A DNA stretch of 52,174 bases from an uncultured Porphyromonadaceae bacterium (GTDB lineage: Bacteria; Bacteroidota; Bacteroidia; Bacteroidales; UBA12481), in contig CAYQFT010000001.1 in the NCBI GenBank assembly GCA_964416825.1, forward strand, positions 1-52,174, written 5' to 3'. Made by a program: the position numbers and the translations under genes. The notes beneath the pieces are model-generated. The model was not told the origin of the DNA. It made no database searches and was given only the letters and a program-made list of their open reading frames with translations. Within the stretch, counting starts at the first letter, position 1. Every line of letters starts with the position of its first letter. This document shows, piece by piece, positions 1-9,329 of the stretch.

Positions 1-1828
1 ATCTCGATATATGGCGGGCCATTTCAGGAGCAATGTTCGACTGCAGACTGTCAATTATCTGAACCAATCTATTTGGCTCAAAAGTAGTGTTGAGGTGACT
101 CTGGAAAGTTTTCAGAAACAATTCCCTGAAATCGGGGTTGGTCATCATGATACGAAAGAAATCAGTTGATCCCGGATACTCCGGCGGAGTTTTCGTAGTA
201 GCCCATTCGATAGTGTTGTGCCAGACATAATCCAGACCAAGATCGAGGTCAAAGATTATCCAACGCCATTTCCCGCCCTCAATTCTCGGTCGCCAATATT
301 TGATATTACCACCTGGCCAGTCGACATTGGCAAAATAGATTTCGGCCACATTATAATTAATATATTCTTGGATATCAACCCGATCCTTCACCCACGCATA
401 ATTATCAGCATTCGAAATGTCGTTATTTTTTAGAAAAGCCAGGAGCTCCGTATAGTTTTTCGAATCCCCTTCTTTAACTACCATTGCAACCTGGGAGATG
501 ATGTCAAGGTTGGATTTATCAAAACCATGATTATCCTGTATATAGTCATCTCCGATAAATTCCCGCAGGTTATGTATACCCCAGTAATCCCCGTTGAGAA
601 AAACAATGGTTGGCCGGTAAGCCTGATAGTCGATGTCCATTTGCCCGGCAATAATAGTCTGAGCCAGTCCGTCCTTCATCATAGAAAAGGCCCAATCGTT
701 GCCTGATGTTCTTAGTTTAATGTCGTTAAAGGTCTTCACTTCCTTGTCCTTAAAAAACCGATAATCAAATCTGGGTTCTCCATATGAACGACGGGCAGTG
801 AGTCTTAATGACTTCTGACTAGATGTTCGTGACAGTGCGCCGGCGATTTTCAATCCTGAAAGTTGTGCTATTTTAACCGAGCGATCCCGTTCGAAAAACT
901 CTACAAAAGCCTCTTTTTCCCAATCCTGCCAGAAATTTCCATTTCCCCACCCCCAAACATAATTTCTACCAGGAACATAAATCCCGGTATCCTCATCCCA
1001 CAGATTCTTTGGATTAGTTGTAATGGAAAACACGGGCAGAGTGGTAGGCTCACTTATAAAGTAGGTTTGTGTTACGATCGGTGATGCAGCAGCTTCATCC
1101 TTATAAACGCGAGCCCGGATCACAGTCGTTACCTTGATCTCTAGGGGGTTCGTATAGCGGTCAGAAGCAGCGGCCGGGTCTGATCCGTCGCGCGTATATC
1201 GAATTATACCTGAACCTCCAGGGATGGATAACACCAGGCTAATCGGGCCTCCGTAAAAACCTCGCTCAAGGGAGAATACGGGCGGCGGGCTTACCAGGTT
1301 ACCTGTCTGCCCATTATTCGTGGCCCCGGGTGTTGGTTTCAGAAAGAAAACCCATTGTTGTGACCCATCCGTAAGCCTTCCATAGTACACACTGGACAAT
1401 TGAGATCCAAATCGCACCGAATCCATAACGATTCCCATGGTAGAAGTAAGTGCAATGTACTCTCCGGCAACATTTAACCTGAAATTAGTGTGGGTACTTG
1501 AGTTCTTGTTATCAGCCCAAACCAGCAGGAAACCACCAGCAGGTATTTGGGCGTTACCTGAAAAAGGCCATTTAAGCAAATTCGTTGGATCATCCGTAAG
1601 GTACATTCCGGTAAGACTTATCGCCTGATCACTGGAATTATACAATTCGATCCAATCGCCATATTCATTAAAATCAGGGTCGCGGACTCCGGCATCATTA
1701 TCTGCACAGAATTCATTGATTTTTACCTGAGCAGACAGAGAAGAAACCAGAAACAATATAAAAACGAAAATCAGCATCCATATTCTGGATAATGAATTCC
1801 AAAAAAGAAACAATTGTATGCGTTTCAT
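1..1828 (-). CDS. CotH kinase-family protein with N-terminal lamin-tail (LTD) domain; C-terminus lies beyond the left window edge
   Basis: Absent from the ORF track because it has no stop inside the window. Reading the minus strand from ATG (1828-1826) gives an open frame to position 1. It begins MKRIQLFLFWNSLSRIWMLIFVFILFLVSSLSAQ (signal-like). Next comes VKINEFCADNDAGVRDPDFNEYGDWIELYNSSDQAISLTGMYLTDD (LTD signature). Later come FLNGDYWGIHNLREFI and NVDWPGGNIKYWRP (CotH-type core). Confidence 0.75.
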   Translation of the reverse strand, partial: MKRIQLFLFWNSLSRIWMLIFVFILFLVSSLSAQVKINEFCADNDAGVRDPDFNEYGDWIELYNSSDQAISLTGMYLTDDPTNLLKWPFSGNAQIPAGGFLLVWADNKNSSTHTNFRLNVAGEYIALTSTMGIVMDSVRFGSQLSSVYYGRLTDGSQQWVFFLKPTPGATNNGQTGNLVSPPPVFSLERGFYGGPISLVLSIPGGSGIIRYTRDGSDPAAASDRYTNPLEIKVTTVIRARVYKDEAAASPIVTQTYFISEPTTLPVFSITTNPKNLWDEDTGIYVPGRNYVWGWGNGNFWQDWEKEAFVEFFERDRSVKIAQLSGLKIAGALSRTSSQKSLRLTARRSYGEPRFDYRFFKDKEVKTFNDIKLRTSGNDWAFSMMKDGLAQTIIAGQMDIDYQAYRPTIVFLNGDYWGIHNLREFIGDDYIQDNHGFDKSNLDIISQVAMVVKEGDSKNYTELLAFLKNNDISNADNYAWVKDRVDIQEYINYNVAEIYFANVDWPGGNIKYWRPRIEGGKWRWIIFDLDLGLDYVWHNTIEWATTKTPPEYPGSTDFFRIMMTNPDFRELFLKTFQSHLNTTFEPNRLVQIIDSLQSNIAPEMARHISR

Positions 1829-1919
1829 TCAAATACACCGCTAATTATGGCCAATACACGCAGAAATGCAAATATCATGCAAATTAGTAAAACATAGAAA
1901 ACAACGAAAAGTTAACCGG

Positions 1920-2714
1920 CTAAGACTGGAGACTGGAGATCGGTATATAGGTTACTTTCCGAATAATTATCTCGGCCTCTCTTTGGTTTGTCGGTGGCAT
2001 GCCATCAACCAGCCACAGATTGATGCGAATTTCAGCATTTCGAATTCTGGGCCCCTGGGTGCTGTTGTATAGCCAACTGTTTATGGTTCCACCAGGATAG
2101 GACTTTTCCACATGCCCGTGATAGCTCTCAAAAAATACAAAGTCTCTGCCAGTGGTAAACTCATGCGTACTATAGTCACCTTTAAGTTCGATCTGGAAAC
2201 GATGAATATTCTTGGCTCTTGAATAGGGCTGCACAACAAATTGGGCATTGCCATCATCGGGATTTCCCCACCTGCTGAATTCGACATCAACCTCCTGATG
2301 ATAAGCACGCGGATGTGTATTCCAGGTAAACAGTCCAGCAACTACGCGGCTATCCAGGTTGTCAACCCGCGAGGCCAATTGAAAAGTAAACCTTCCATTC
2401 GAGAATTTCCTTTGCGAAAAAACCTCGGCACAATACCAAACACCGTTCTTTTCCCTGATTTTAAGGTGAAGAAATCCTTTCGAATCAACCCACACCTGAT
2501 CAGAACCTGATCCAAAAAAATTCGGGCCGGGCCCCACCAATTCAGACGCCTCTTTGACAAACCAGGTTAAACCTGAAAACTGGATTGTTCTATGGTGCTG
2601 TAATGGAGGCTGATAGGTTAAGCAGGATGAAAGTATGAATAAGAAAACAATGAGGGCGACTTTTACTGATGTCAATAGGTTAAAGGATTTGTTGGCTACA
2701 AACATTTTTATCAT
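1920..2714 (-). CDS. GH16-fold (concanavalin-like glucanase) lipoprotein
   Basis: 264-aa ORF with an N-terminal hydrophobic stretch ending in the lipobox-like LSSC. An intact ExDxE motif (EVDVE, nt 2280-2294) matches the GH16 catalytic signature. Its start overlaps the upstream gene's stop by 4 bp (ATGA). Confidence 0.55.
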   Translation of the reverse strand: MIKMFVANKSFNLLTSVKVALIVFLFILSSCLTYQPPLQHHRTIQFSGLTWFVKEASELVGPGPNFFGSGSDQVWVDSKGFLHLKIREKNGVWYCAEVFSQRKFSNGRFTFQLASRVDNLDSRVVAGLFTWNTHPRAYHQEVDVEFSRWGNPDDGNAQFVVQPYSRAKNIHRFQIELKGDYSTHEFTTGRDFVFFESYHGHVEKSYPGGTINSWLYNSTQGPRIRNAEIRINLWLVDGMPPTNQREAEIIIRKVTYIPISSLQS

Positions 2715-3946
2715 TTCAAGGTGCGGTAATAATCGTTCATGATTCTACTCATCATGGGTCGGTAAAGCCGGTAGAAAAACTTTGAACGTGTCGACAGGTC
2801 TTCACTGGAAAAGGCAGATGATACTAATCCGGATCCCGCGAAATACGCAGGTCTTGTTTTGATTGGGTTATCGCTGAAATCCGCTCCGAAATAATAATAA
2901 GGAGATGGCCCGGTCGATTCCATGACGCCTGGAAACTCGGAAGGAATATTAAACAACCTCAAAATAGAATCCCCTTTTTCATTAGGCTCGATCCGAAAGG
3001 TAGAGACGATGGTATTACTATCATTGGAAGGAAGGGAAATATCAAACCAAAAAGGGTAATGAACCTTGTCAATCATTTTAAACTTTTTTTGGCCATATTC
3101 GCCAGTATAAATGTAGGGGATAATCACGTCGAGATGAGTTGAATCCTCAAGAATCTCTATCCAATCGTCCTCACGGGCAAAAACAATCCCGCCTTTGGTA
3201 AATGGCCAAACTCCTCCGTGCTGTTTAAGATAATTGGTGTAAACCCACAAAGGAAACTCTTCGTTACGCAACGGGTCCAGCGGATCGAAATACCGTCCCA
3301 CCCAACCGGTCCATTTTGTGTTTATTACCTTCCCTGCTTCATAACGGATTGCTCTAGGAGTTGGATGGTGATAATAGTTAAACTCAGTAAGAATCAATTT
3401 ACGCTGAGCCTTCATTCGTTGCAGGAGATAGAGTTCCTTTTTTGTCATGCCGCCATATATCTCTTGAGAACGTTCTTTCCAGAGGAGGGTATCCCTGAAC
3501 CACTCATTCACATAAATACCATACATATCTGTATAAAAAACCATATCCAATTCTTTGGAAAGGGCATCGATTTCGGGATAAGAAAGGTTTGCCTTCGAAA
3601 TTTTGTCAAATCTGGCCGAACCGGTACTTGTTATCGTTGATGAGTCAATAGTGGCTGAGACAACACTGTCGAGGTCATAAATATTATAGTCACCACCGCG
3701 CTCAACCGGGAAAAAGCCCCAGTAATCCTTGACGATTTTGTACATCTTGCGGTTGGGCTTGGCAAATTTATGGTGGGTTAGAATCCAGTTGAACGAGCGG
3801 TGCTCAGGGCCGTATACTTCCGGCACGGTTTTATCAAGTATGAAAATGTTGATCGGTCTGACCGGACGGATGGCCCATGCCAGAAAGCTCCACAGCGGGA
3901 TGAGGAGTATTGCGACAATCAGTAACCTTATTAACCTTGGTGACAT
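2711..3946 (-). CDS. Hypothetical membrane-anchored protein (single N-terminal TM segment), no family recognised
   Basis: 411-aa ORF with an ATG start and an N-terminal hydrophobic helix (LIRLLIVAILLIPLWSFLAWAI). It is translationally coupled to the downstream GH16-fold gene. I recognise no motif. Confidence 0.6.
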   Translation of the reverse strand: MSPRLIRLLIVAILLIPLWSFLAWAIRPVRPINIFILDKTVPEVYGPEHRSFNWILTHHKFAKPNRKMYKIVKDYWGFFPVERGGDYNIYDLDSVVSATIDSSTITSTGSARFDKISKANLSYPEIDALSKELDMVFYTDMYGIYVNEWFRDTLLWKERSQEIYGGMTKKELYLLQRMKAQRKLILTEFNYYHHPTPRAIRYEAGKVINTKWTGWVGRYFDPLDPLRNEEFPLWVYTNYLKQHGGVWPFTKGGIVFAREDDWIEILEDSTHLDVIIPYIYTGEYGQKKFKMIDKVHYPFWFDISLPSNDSNTIVSTFRIEPNEKGDSILRLFNIPSEFPGVMESTGPSPYYYFGADFSDNPIKTRPAYFAGSGLVSSAFSSEDLSTRSKFFYRLYRPMMSRIMNDYYRTLK

Positions 3947-3998
3947 TTGGCTGAATATTAATGATAAATGGCCTCTTTATGAGGAAAAGTAAAAATAA

Positions 3999-4706
3999 TT
4001 ATTTAGCAGAAATCAAAAAAATAGCTGGGCGTTTGTTAAGGTCCGGAATATTCTGAGACCATTCCCAAACCTGGGCTGTTCTAATAAACTCTGAACCGGA
4101 TGTCAGATCCGCTGATACAGACAACCATGATTCCGGAGAGAGTGTCTGAATCAGGTCTGATAGCAATTGTCTGTTCCTATACGGAGCCTCAATAAAAATC
4201 TGAGTTTCCTTATGCATTCTTGATCTTTGCTCAATCTCCCTGATTTTTCTAATTCTATCGGGGGCCTTAACAGGAAGATAGCCAAGAAAAGCAAAACTTT
4301 GGCCGTTCAATCCTGAGGCCATAAGTGCCAGTATCACCGAACTGGGGCCGGTAAGGGGTTTAACCTGGATGCCCGATTGATGCGCCAGCCTGACAATATC
4401 GGCACCCGGGTCTGCCACTCCCGGGCAACCTGATTCAGAAAGCACTCCACCATCAGCACCCTGAAGGATAGGACTTAATAGTGGAGCCAGTTCGTGCACA
4501 CGAGTATGTTCGTTTAGCATCCCCCACTCGATCTCCTCTAAAACCTCTTTTAAACCAGCCCGAACAAGGAAACGGCGCGCACTCTTCTCGTTCTCAACAA
4601 TAAAGTACCGGATAGTTCGCACCTGCTCGAGTACACTTTGAGATAACACATTACCCGGATTGCCATCATCCAGAACATTGGGTATGAGCCAGAGAGTCCC
4701 TTTCAT
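3999..4706 (-). CDS. Tetrapyrrole-methylase-fold SAM-dependent methyltransferase (RsmI-like)
   Basis: 235 aa. The N-terminus GTLWLIPNVLDD and the SGCPGVADPG motif resemble RsmI/YraL-type class III methyltransferases. It is shorter than canonical RsmI, so no symbol is assigned. Confidence 0.7.
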   Translation of the reverse strand: MKGTLWLIPNVLDDGNPGNVLSQSVLEQVRTIRYFIVENEKSARRFLVRAGLKEVLEEIEWGMLNEHTRVHELAPLLSPILQGADGGVLSESGCPGVADPGADIVRLAHQSGIQVKPLTGPSSVILALMASGLNGQSFAFLGYLPVKAPDRIRKIREIEQRSRMHKETQIFIEAPYRNRQLLSDLIQTLSPESWLSVSADLTSGSEFIRTAQVWEWSQNIPDLNKRPAIFLISAK

Positions 4707-4761
4707 CCTTCAAATGTATAAAAAACCCCATGATTGCTATCTTTGCAGATTACTATTCGAC

Positions 4762-5535
4762 ATGACTTCCCAGCCTTCAATTACATTACTTGGAACCGGA
4801 ACATCACTCGGGGTTCCCATCATCGGCTGTCAATGCAAAGTATGCACATCAACTGACCCGAGGGATAACCGCCTGCGATCATCAGCCATGATTAAATGGA
4901 ACGGTAAAACCCTTCTTGTGGATGCCGGGCCGGATTTCAGGCAGCAAATGCTGCGCGCCAACGTAACTAAGTTGGATTGCATTTTACTTTCTCATGAGCA
5001 TAAGGATCATGTTTCGGGGTTAGATGATATTCGGGCGCTTAACTTCCTTCATAAGAAGCCCATTGACATCTATTCTGAAAAGCGTGTGCAGGAATCCATC
5101 CGAAAAGATTTTGCTTATGTTTTTGCAGTTATCCAATACCCCGGAACACCTCAGATGAATTTACATACTATTCATAATGAGAACTTTTGCTTTGACGGCA
5201 ATACCATAATCCCAATCCGGGCATACCACTACAAACTTCCAATTCTTGGCTTTAGGTTTGGTGATATTTCATACATTACGGACGCCAACTCAATTCCTGA
5301 TCAGGAAATAGATAAGATAAAAGGATCTAAAATACTCATTATTAACGCACTGAGGTGGGAACCCCACATGTCGCACTTCAGCATTCCGGAAGTCCTGAAA
5401 CTTATTGAGAAATTATCACCGGAAAAAGTCTATCTGACTCATCTATCGCATCAGGCCGGCACGCATGCTGACTTACTGCAGCGTTTGCCTGCCGATGTTG
5501 AGCCGGCATATGATGGGTTGACTATAACATGTTAG
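4762..5535 (+). CDS. MBL-fold metallo-hydrolase (PhnP/GPMB-like)
   Basis: Contains the HEHKDH (HxHxDH) metallo-beta-lactamase motif and the N-terminus ITLLGTGTSLGVP. I moved the start to the internal ATG at 4762, because the track start at 4660 overlaps the divergent methyltransferase. Confidence 0.75.
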   Translation: MTSQPSITLLGTGTSLGVPIIGCQCKVCTSTDPRDNRLRSSAMIKWNGKTLLVDAGPDFRQQMLRANVTKLDCILLSHEHKDHVSGLDDIRALNFLHKKPIDIYSEKRVQESIRKDFAYVFAVIQYPGTPQMNLHTIHNENFCFDGNTIIPIRAYHYKLPILGFRFGDISYITDANSIPDQEIDKIKGSKILIINALRWEPHMSHFSIPEVLKLIEKLSPEKVYLTHLSHQAGTHADLLQRLPADVEPAYDGLTITC

Positions 5536-5984
5536 TTAACTTCGATCAACTCAACTTCAAAAACCAGAGGAGAATAACCGGGAATCCCTGAATTTCCATA
5601 GGGTCCATATGCCAGTGCAGAGGGTATCAGCAGAATAGCCTTACCCCCCTCATTCATATAGCCAATGCCCTCGTCCCATCCTTTAATGACCCGACCGGCA
5701 CCTAGTATGAAAGTATAGATTCCGGAATCAAAAACAGTTCCATCTGTAAAAGTCCCTTTATACTTTACCTTAACCTGATCTCCATTATCGGCATCTGCAC
5801 CGCTGCCCTTCTTTGTCTCAACATAGTAGAGCCCACTTGCAGTCGGGCTGACGCTGTAGCCATGATCCTCAAGATATTTGGACATGGCAAGTTTCTCTTT
5901 TTCGATTGGGTCATCTTTGGTGCAGCCGACGACCAAAATGATCATACTCATGGCGAAAAGGAAAGGTAGATAAAGTCTGCTCAT
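5532..5984 (-). CDS. FKBP-type peptidyl-prolyl cis-trans isomerase lipoprotein
   Basis: 150 aa with lipobox VVGC. The FKBP core reads GDQVKVKYKGTFTDGTVFDS...VIKGWDEG...IPSALAYG. Confidence 0.85.
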   Translation of the reverse strand: MSRLYLPFLFAMSMIILVVGCTKDDPIEKEKLAMSKYLEDHGYSVSPTASGLYYVETKKGSGADADNGDQVKVKYKGTFTDGTVFDSGIYTFILGAGRVIKGWDEGIGYMNEGGKAILLIPSALAYGPYGNSGIPGYSPLVFEVELIEVN

Positions 5985-5991
5985 AGGTCAA

Positions 5992-6843
5992 TCATCTTAT
6001 TTCAAGTAATTCAACATCAAATACGAGTGTGGAATAAGGCAGGATCAGGTTGGAATAACCATTCTTGCCATAGGCTAAATCAGAGGGTACAATAAATCTC
6101 GCCTGGCCTCCTTCCTTCATATAAAGAAAACCCTCTTCCCAGCCCTTGATAACCTGGCCCTGCCCCAAAATAAAACTGAAGGGTTTTCCCCGCTGTACGG
6201 ATGAGTCAAAGATTTTACCATCTATGGTTTTTCCGGTATAATGGACGACCAAAGTCCTGCCATTCTCAGCCTTCCGGCCGCTTCCCTGCTTTAACTCGAT
6301 ATAGTAAAGGCCAGATGAAGCAGGTTTTACGGTAGTATTAGTCAACTCGATAAAATCCTTAAGCAATCCCATTTCCTGCTCACGATCCGAATGATAAATG
6401 CTGGCTTTTTCCTCTTCTAGCTCACGGGAAGTCAAAATATTCTTCAATTTCAAATAGATATATACCGGATCGCCCTGCTGAAACTCATCAGGCAAATCCC
6501 TTTTTTTGTGTTTTTCAAAATAATTTGCAGCATCAAGCTTGAAGCATACACTGTCACCAACCTGAATAAGAGCAAGAGCCGTATAAAAGTCGCCCTTATA
6601 CATGGGTTTGCCAAGCTGCATGCGATAGAAATCTGAGCGGTCTACCACTCTGCCGTCTTCCGTCGAAATTTTCATCGACAATACCAGAATATCGCCGGGG
6701 GAAGGTGTAACGCCCTCAGGATTCATGGTAAAAAATCTATAAGAAAGGCCGCTTGGATGATTTTGAAACCCTTTATCGGACTTGTTGCAGGATTGTAGAG
6801 ACAGTATAACAAGGATAAACGCAATCCAAAAGTACAGCTTCAT
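5992..6843 (-). CDS. FKBP-type peptidyl-prolyl isomerase lipoprotein, two-domain
   Basis: 283 aa with lipobox LQSC. The C-terminal FKBP core reads VVHYTGKTIDGKIFDSS...VIKGWEEG...VPSDLAYG. The N-terminal half is a more divergent FKBP-like domain. Confidence 0.85.
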   Translation of the reverse strand: MKLYFWIAFILVILSLQSCNKSDKGFQNHPSGLSYRFFTMNPEGVTPSPGDILVLSMKISTEDGRVVDRSDFYRMQLGKPMYKGDFYTALALIQVGDSVCFKLDAANYFEKHKKRDLPDEFQQGDPVYIYLKLKNILTSRELEEEKASIYHSDREQEMGLLKDFIELTNTTVKPASSGLYYIELKQGSGRKAENGRTLVVHYTGKTIDGKIFDSSVQRGKPFSFILGQGQVIKGWEEGFLYMKEGGQARFIVPSDLAYGKNGYSNLILPYSTLVFDVELLEIR

Positions 6844-6872
6844 GGCTCAAATTTTCGACAAATATAGCATTG

Positions 6873-7433
6873 TCAGAGTTTTCCCATCCTTCGTACGGAG
6901 CGGATTTTAATCAGATAGAGCAGAATTGCCCGAGGCGGAATTTTGTTACCATCACCAACAATTCCAAATCCAAGGTGGGGAGGAAGAACCAATCTGGCAC
7001 TGTCGCCCTCATTTAGAAGTTTAACCGCCTCATGGAGACCGGATTCAGCTTCTGACTTTTCGACCCGAAAAACTTTTGGGCCTGATTTATCGGAAGAATA
7101 GCAGAGGGTTCCATCGAGGAGGGATACCGAATACTCGAGGGTAACTTCATCTCCTGCAGTGATTTTATGACCATCATTTTTCTTGGTCTGAGAGTCCATG
7201 ATTACCTCGTAAAACAGACCGGTACCGGTTTGCTTAAGATTCCAACCTCTTTTGGCACCTTCATCCCTTATTATGGAAGCAGCCTTATTTACCAGTAGCT
7301 GGTTCACTTTAATCAATTGTTCCTGGGAACTGATCTTCTCCGGATCTTCATTTGGTAGAGGCTGATGCCTGTTTTGGCATCCGGCACCAAGCAGAGCAAG
7401 CAGGATTATAAATACTATGCCAACTGATCGCAT
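6873..7433 (-). CDS. FKBP-type peptidyl-prolyl isomerase lipoprotein (divergent)
   Basis: 186 aa with lipobox GAGC. It has an FKBP-like C-terminus (EYSVSLLDGTLCYSS...GLHEAVKLLNEGD...LPPHLGFG). Confidence 0.75.
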   Translation of the reverse strand: MRSVGIVFIILLALLGAGCQNRHQPLPNEDPEKISSQEQLIKVNQLLVNKAASIIRDEGAKRGWNLKQTGTGLFYEVIMDSQTKKNDGHKITAGDEVTLEYSVSLLDGTLCYSSDKSGPKVFRVEKSEAESGLHEAVKLLNEGDSARLVLPPHLGFGIVGDGNKIPPRAILLYLIKIRSVRRMGKL

Positions 7434-7448
7434 GGTGTGGTCGAGACT

Positions 7449-8525
7449 TCAAATTTTTAGGTAAGCCTTGTAATACTCCAAAGACTCTTCAAAATGACTC
7501 CGGGCTTGCTCCATATTGCCATAGAATCTGCCGCCGGCAGCATTCAGATGGCCGCCGCCATTAAAAAACCTTGAGGCAAATTCATTTGCTGGAAAAGTTC
7601 CTCTGGATCTTAAAGACAGTTTAATATGATCTTCCTGTTCAGTAAATAGTACCGAGAAAACAATCTTCCCAATTGATAGAGGATAGTTCACAAAGCCCTC
7701 GGTATCTCCCTTTTTATGGTTATAACGATTGAGGTCCTCCCGTGTCAAAGCAATATAGGCTGCACCAGTTCCCGGGATTATCTTCATCTTTTGCTCAAGG
7801 CTGTATCCAAGCAATCGCATTCTTTCAGCAGAGAACTGGTTATAGACCTCCTCATAGATCTTGTCTTTATCCCCACCGAGCCTCATAAGCGCCGCCACCG
7901 TTTCGAAGATTTCAGGATAGGAACAGCTAACCTTAAATCCGACTGTATCCGTCATGATTCCTGCCAAAAGACAGGTTGCAGCATCTGGTGAAATGAACGG
8001 TTCCATCCCCAGTGAAATCGCTGTTAGGTAGATTAACTCTGCTGTTGACCCTCTGGAGGGATCAATGAAACTCTGATCCGTAAACTGTTTTTGCGGAGGA
8101 TGGTGGTCAATAAGGACGGTTGGAACAGATGCGGCACGGAAACGACTTTCCATATCGCCCAACCTGTCAGGAGAATTGAAATCGACACAGATGATCATAT
8201 TTGCAGCGCAAAAGGCTTCTTCAGCAGCCTTCTTGCGATTTTTGCGCTCAAAAACTATGAGGTCCTTCTGGCCCGGTAACCACTTTAAGAAATCAGGTGC
8301 AGTATCTGGAACGGCCACCTGCACAGTGTGGCCCATTGCTGAAAGAATATGTTTAAACCCCAGAGCCGAACCTACAGCATCCCCATCAGGATTCTTATGA
8401 CTAAGAATTAGAAGGTTACGAGGTTCTGACAGGAATATTCTTAATTCTTCCAATATGTTTTCCACAATCGGGCAAAGAATTGTTTGATTTTTATCTGCCA
8501 AAGATAGTAATGTCAAAACACCCAA
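7449..8525 (-). CDS. DHH/DHHA1 phosphoesterase (NrnA-like oligoribonuclease/pAp phosphatase)
   Basis: Motifs HKNPDGDAVGS, DHH (LIDHHPP) and the C-terminal GGGH. The track start is a TTG (8525-8523), so the start is uncertain. Confidence 0.8.
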   Translation of the reverse strand: MGVLTLLSLADKNQTILCPIVENILEELRIFLSEPRNLLILSHKNPDGDAVGSALGFKHILSAMGHTVQVAVPDTAPDFLKWLPGQKDLIVFERKNRKKAAEEAFCAANMIICVDFNSPDRLGDMESRFRAASVPTVLIDHHPPQKQFTDQSFIDPSRGSTAELIYLTAISLGMEPFISPDAATCLLAGIMTDTVGFKVSCSYPEIFETVAALMRLGGDKDKIYEEVYNQFSAERMRLLGYSLEQKMKIIPGTGAAYIALTREDLNRYNHKKGDTEGFVNYPLSIGKIVFSVLFTEQEDHIKLSLRSRGTFPANEFASRFFNGGGHLNAAGGRFYGNMEQARSHFEESLEYYKAYLKI

Positions 8526-8564
8526 TCGGGTAATTCATTACTTTTATAACATAAGTTTAAAACC

Positions 8565-9017
8565 ATGTCTGGAAACATAACATTTACAATCATTAAGCCG
8601 GGGGCAGTTGCTCATGAGCATATCGGAGATATTCTCAAGATGATTTCTAAAGCCGGATTTTGGATTGCGGCTTTAAAATATGTAAAACTGAGTCCTAGTC
8701 AGGCTTCCTATTTCTATGATGTCCACATCGGAAAACCATTTTTTGAGGGTCTTGTGGAATTTATGACATCTGGGCCAATAGTGGTGGCAATCCTTGAGCG
8801 TGAGAATGCAGTAGAGGTTTACCGGGAGCTGATCGGAAATACTGATCCGTCAAAGGCAGAGCCTGGTACGATCAGGAAAATGTTTGCCGAATCCATTCAA
8901 CGCAATGCGGTTCATGGATCAGACTCTGACATAAATGCCAGAAAGGAAGCTGACTTTTTCTTTTCAAAAAGTGAACGTTTTGACCGGAATGGCAACTTTC
9001 TGGAACTGGTACCCTGA
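8565..9017 (+). CDS. ndk: Nucleoside-diphosphate kinase
   Basis: TFTIIKPGAV N-terminus and the active-site NAVHGSDS motif. Length is typical at 150 aa. Confidence 0.95.
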   Translation: MSGNITFTIIKPGAVAHEHIGDILKMISKAGFWIAALKYVKLSPSQASYFYDVHIGKPFFEGLVEFMTSGPIVVAILERENAVEVYRELIGNTDPSKAEPGTIRKMFAESIQRNAVHGSDSDINARKEADFFFSKSERFDRNGNFLELVP

Positions 9018-9032
9018 TTAAGGCTGCCCAGA

Positions 9033-9329
9033 TTATCGAATGATGATCTCATCAATCATCTGATAACCTGCCCGTCGATTGATTTCCTGGGTCAATCCAT
9101 CACGGATCAGGCTTAATTCATTCTTCACCACTGAGGAACGAATTGTAACAAACATCTTTCTATCCCGGATGTAAACCGATTGCGTGGTACGCGCAACCAA
9201 TTTCCCGACGATGTCGTCCCATTGAGCAACAATTTCGCGTTCCTTAAGCCGCCCATGCAATCCAGAGTCCTTGAGATACTCATCTATTATATCACCCAGA
9301 CTTCGTGTGGATGTTCTTCGGATCACCAT
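9033..9329 (-). CDS. DUF721-family protein (recF-associated)
   Basis: 98 aa with the ...WDDIVGK...IRDRKMFVTIRSSVVKNELSLIRDGL... pattern typical of DUF721. Its start overlaps the recF stop (TAATG). Confidence 0.7.
   Translation of the reverse strand: MVIRRTSTRSLGDIIDEYLKDSGLHGRLKEREIVAQWDDIVGKLVARTTQSVYIRDRKMFVTIRSSVVKNELSLIRDGLTQEINRRAGYQMIDEIIIR

Noticed and set aside
4660-4761. N-terminal extensions offered by the ORF track (4660 for the MBL gene; also 17648-17689 for the TBDR, 46917-46949 for the orphan protein, and the TTG codons at 10438, 35489 and 44448)
   Set aside because: The extensions overlap neighbouring genes or a promoter box, or place residues ahead of an obvious signal peptide. 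Internal ATG starts give canonical N-termini.
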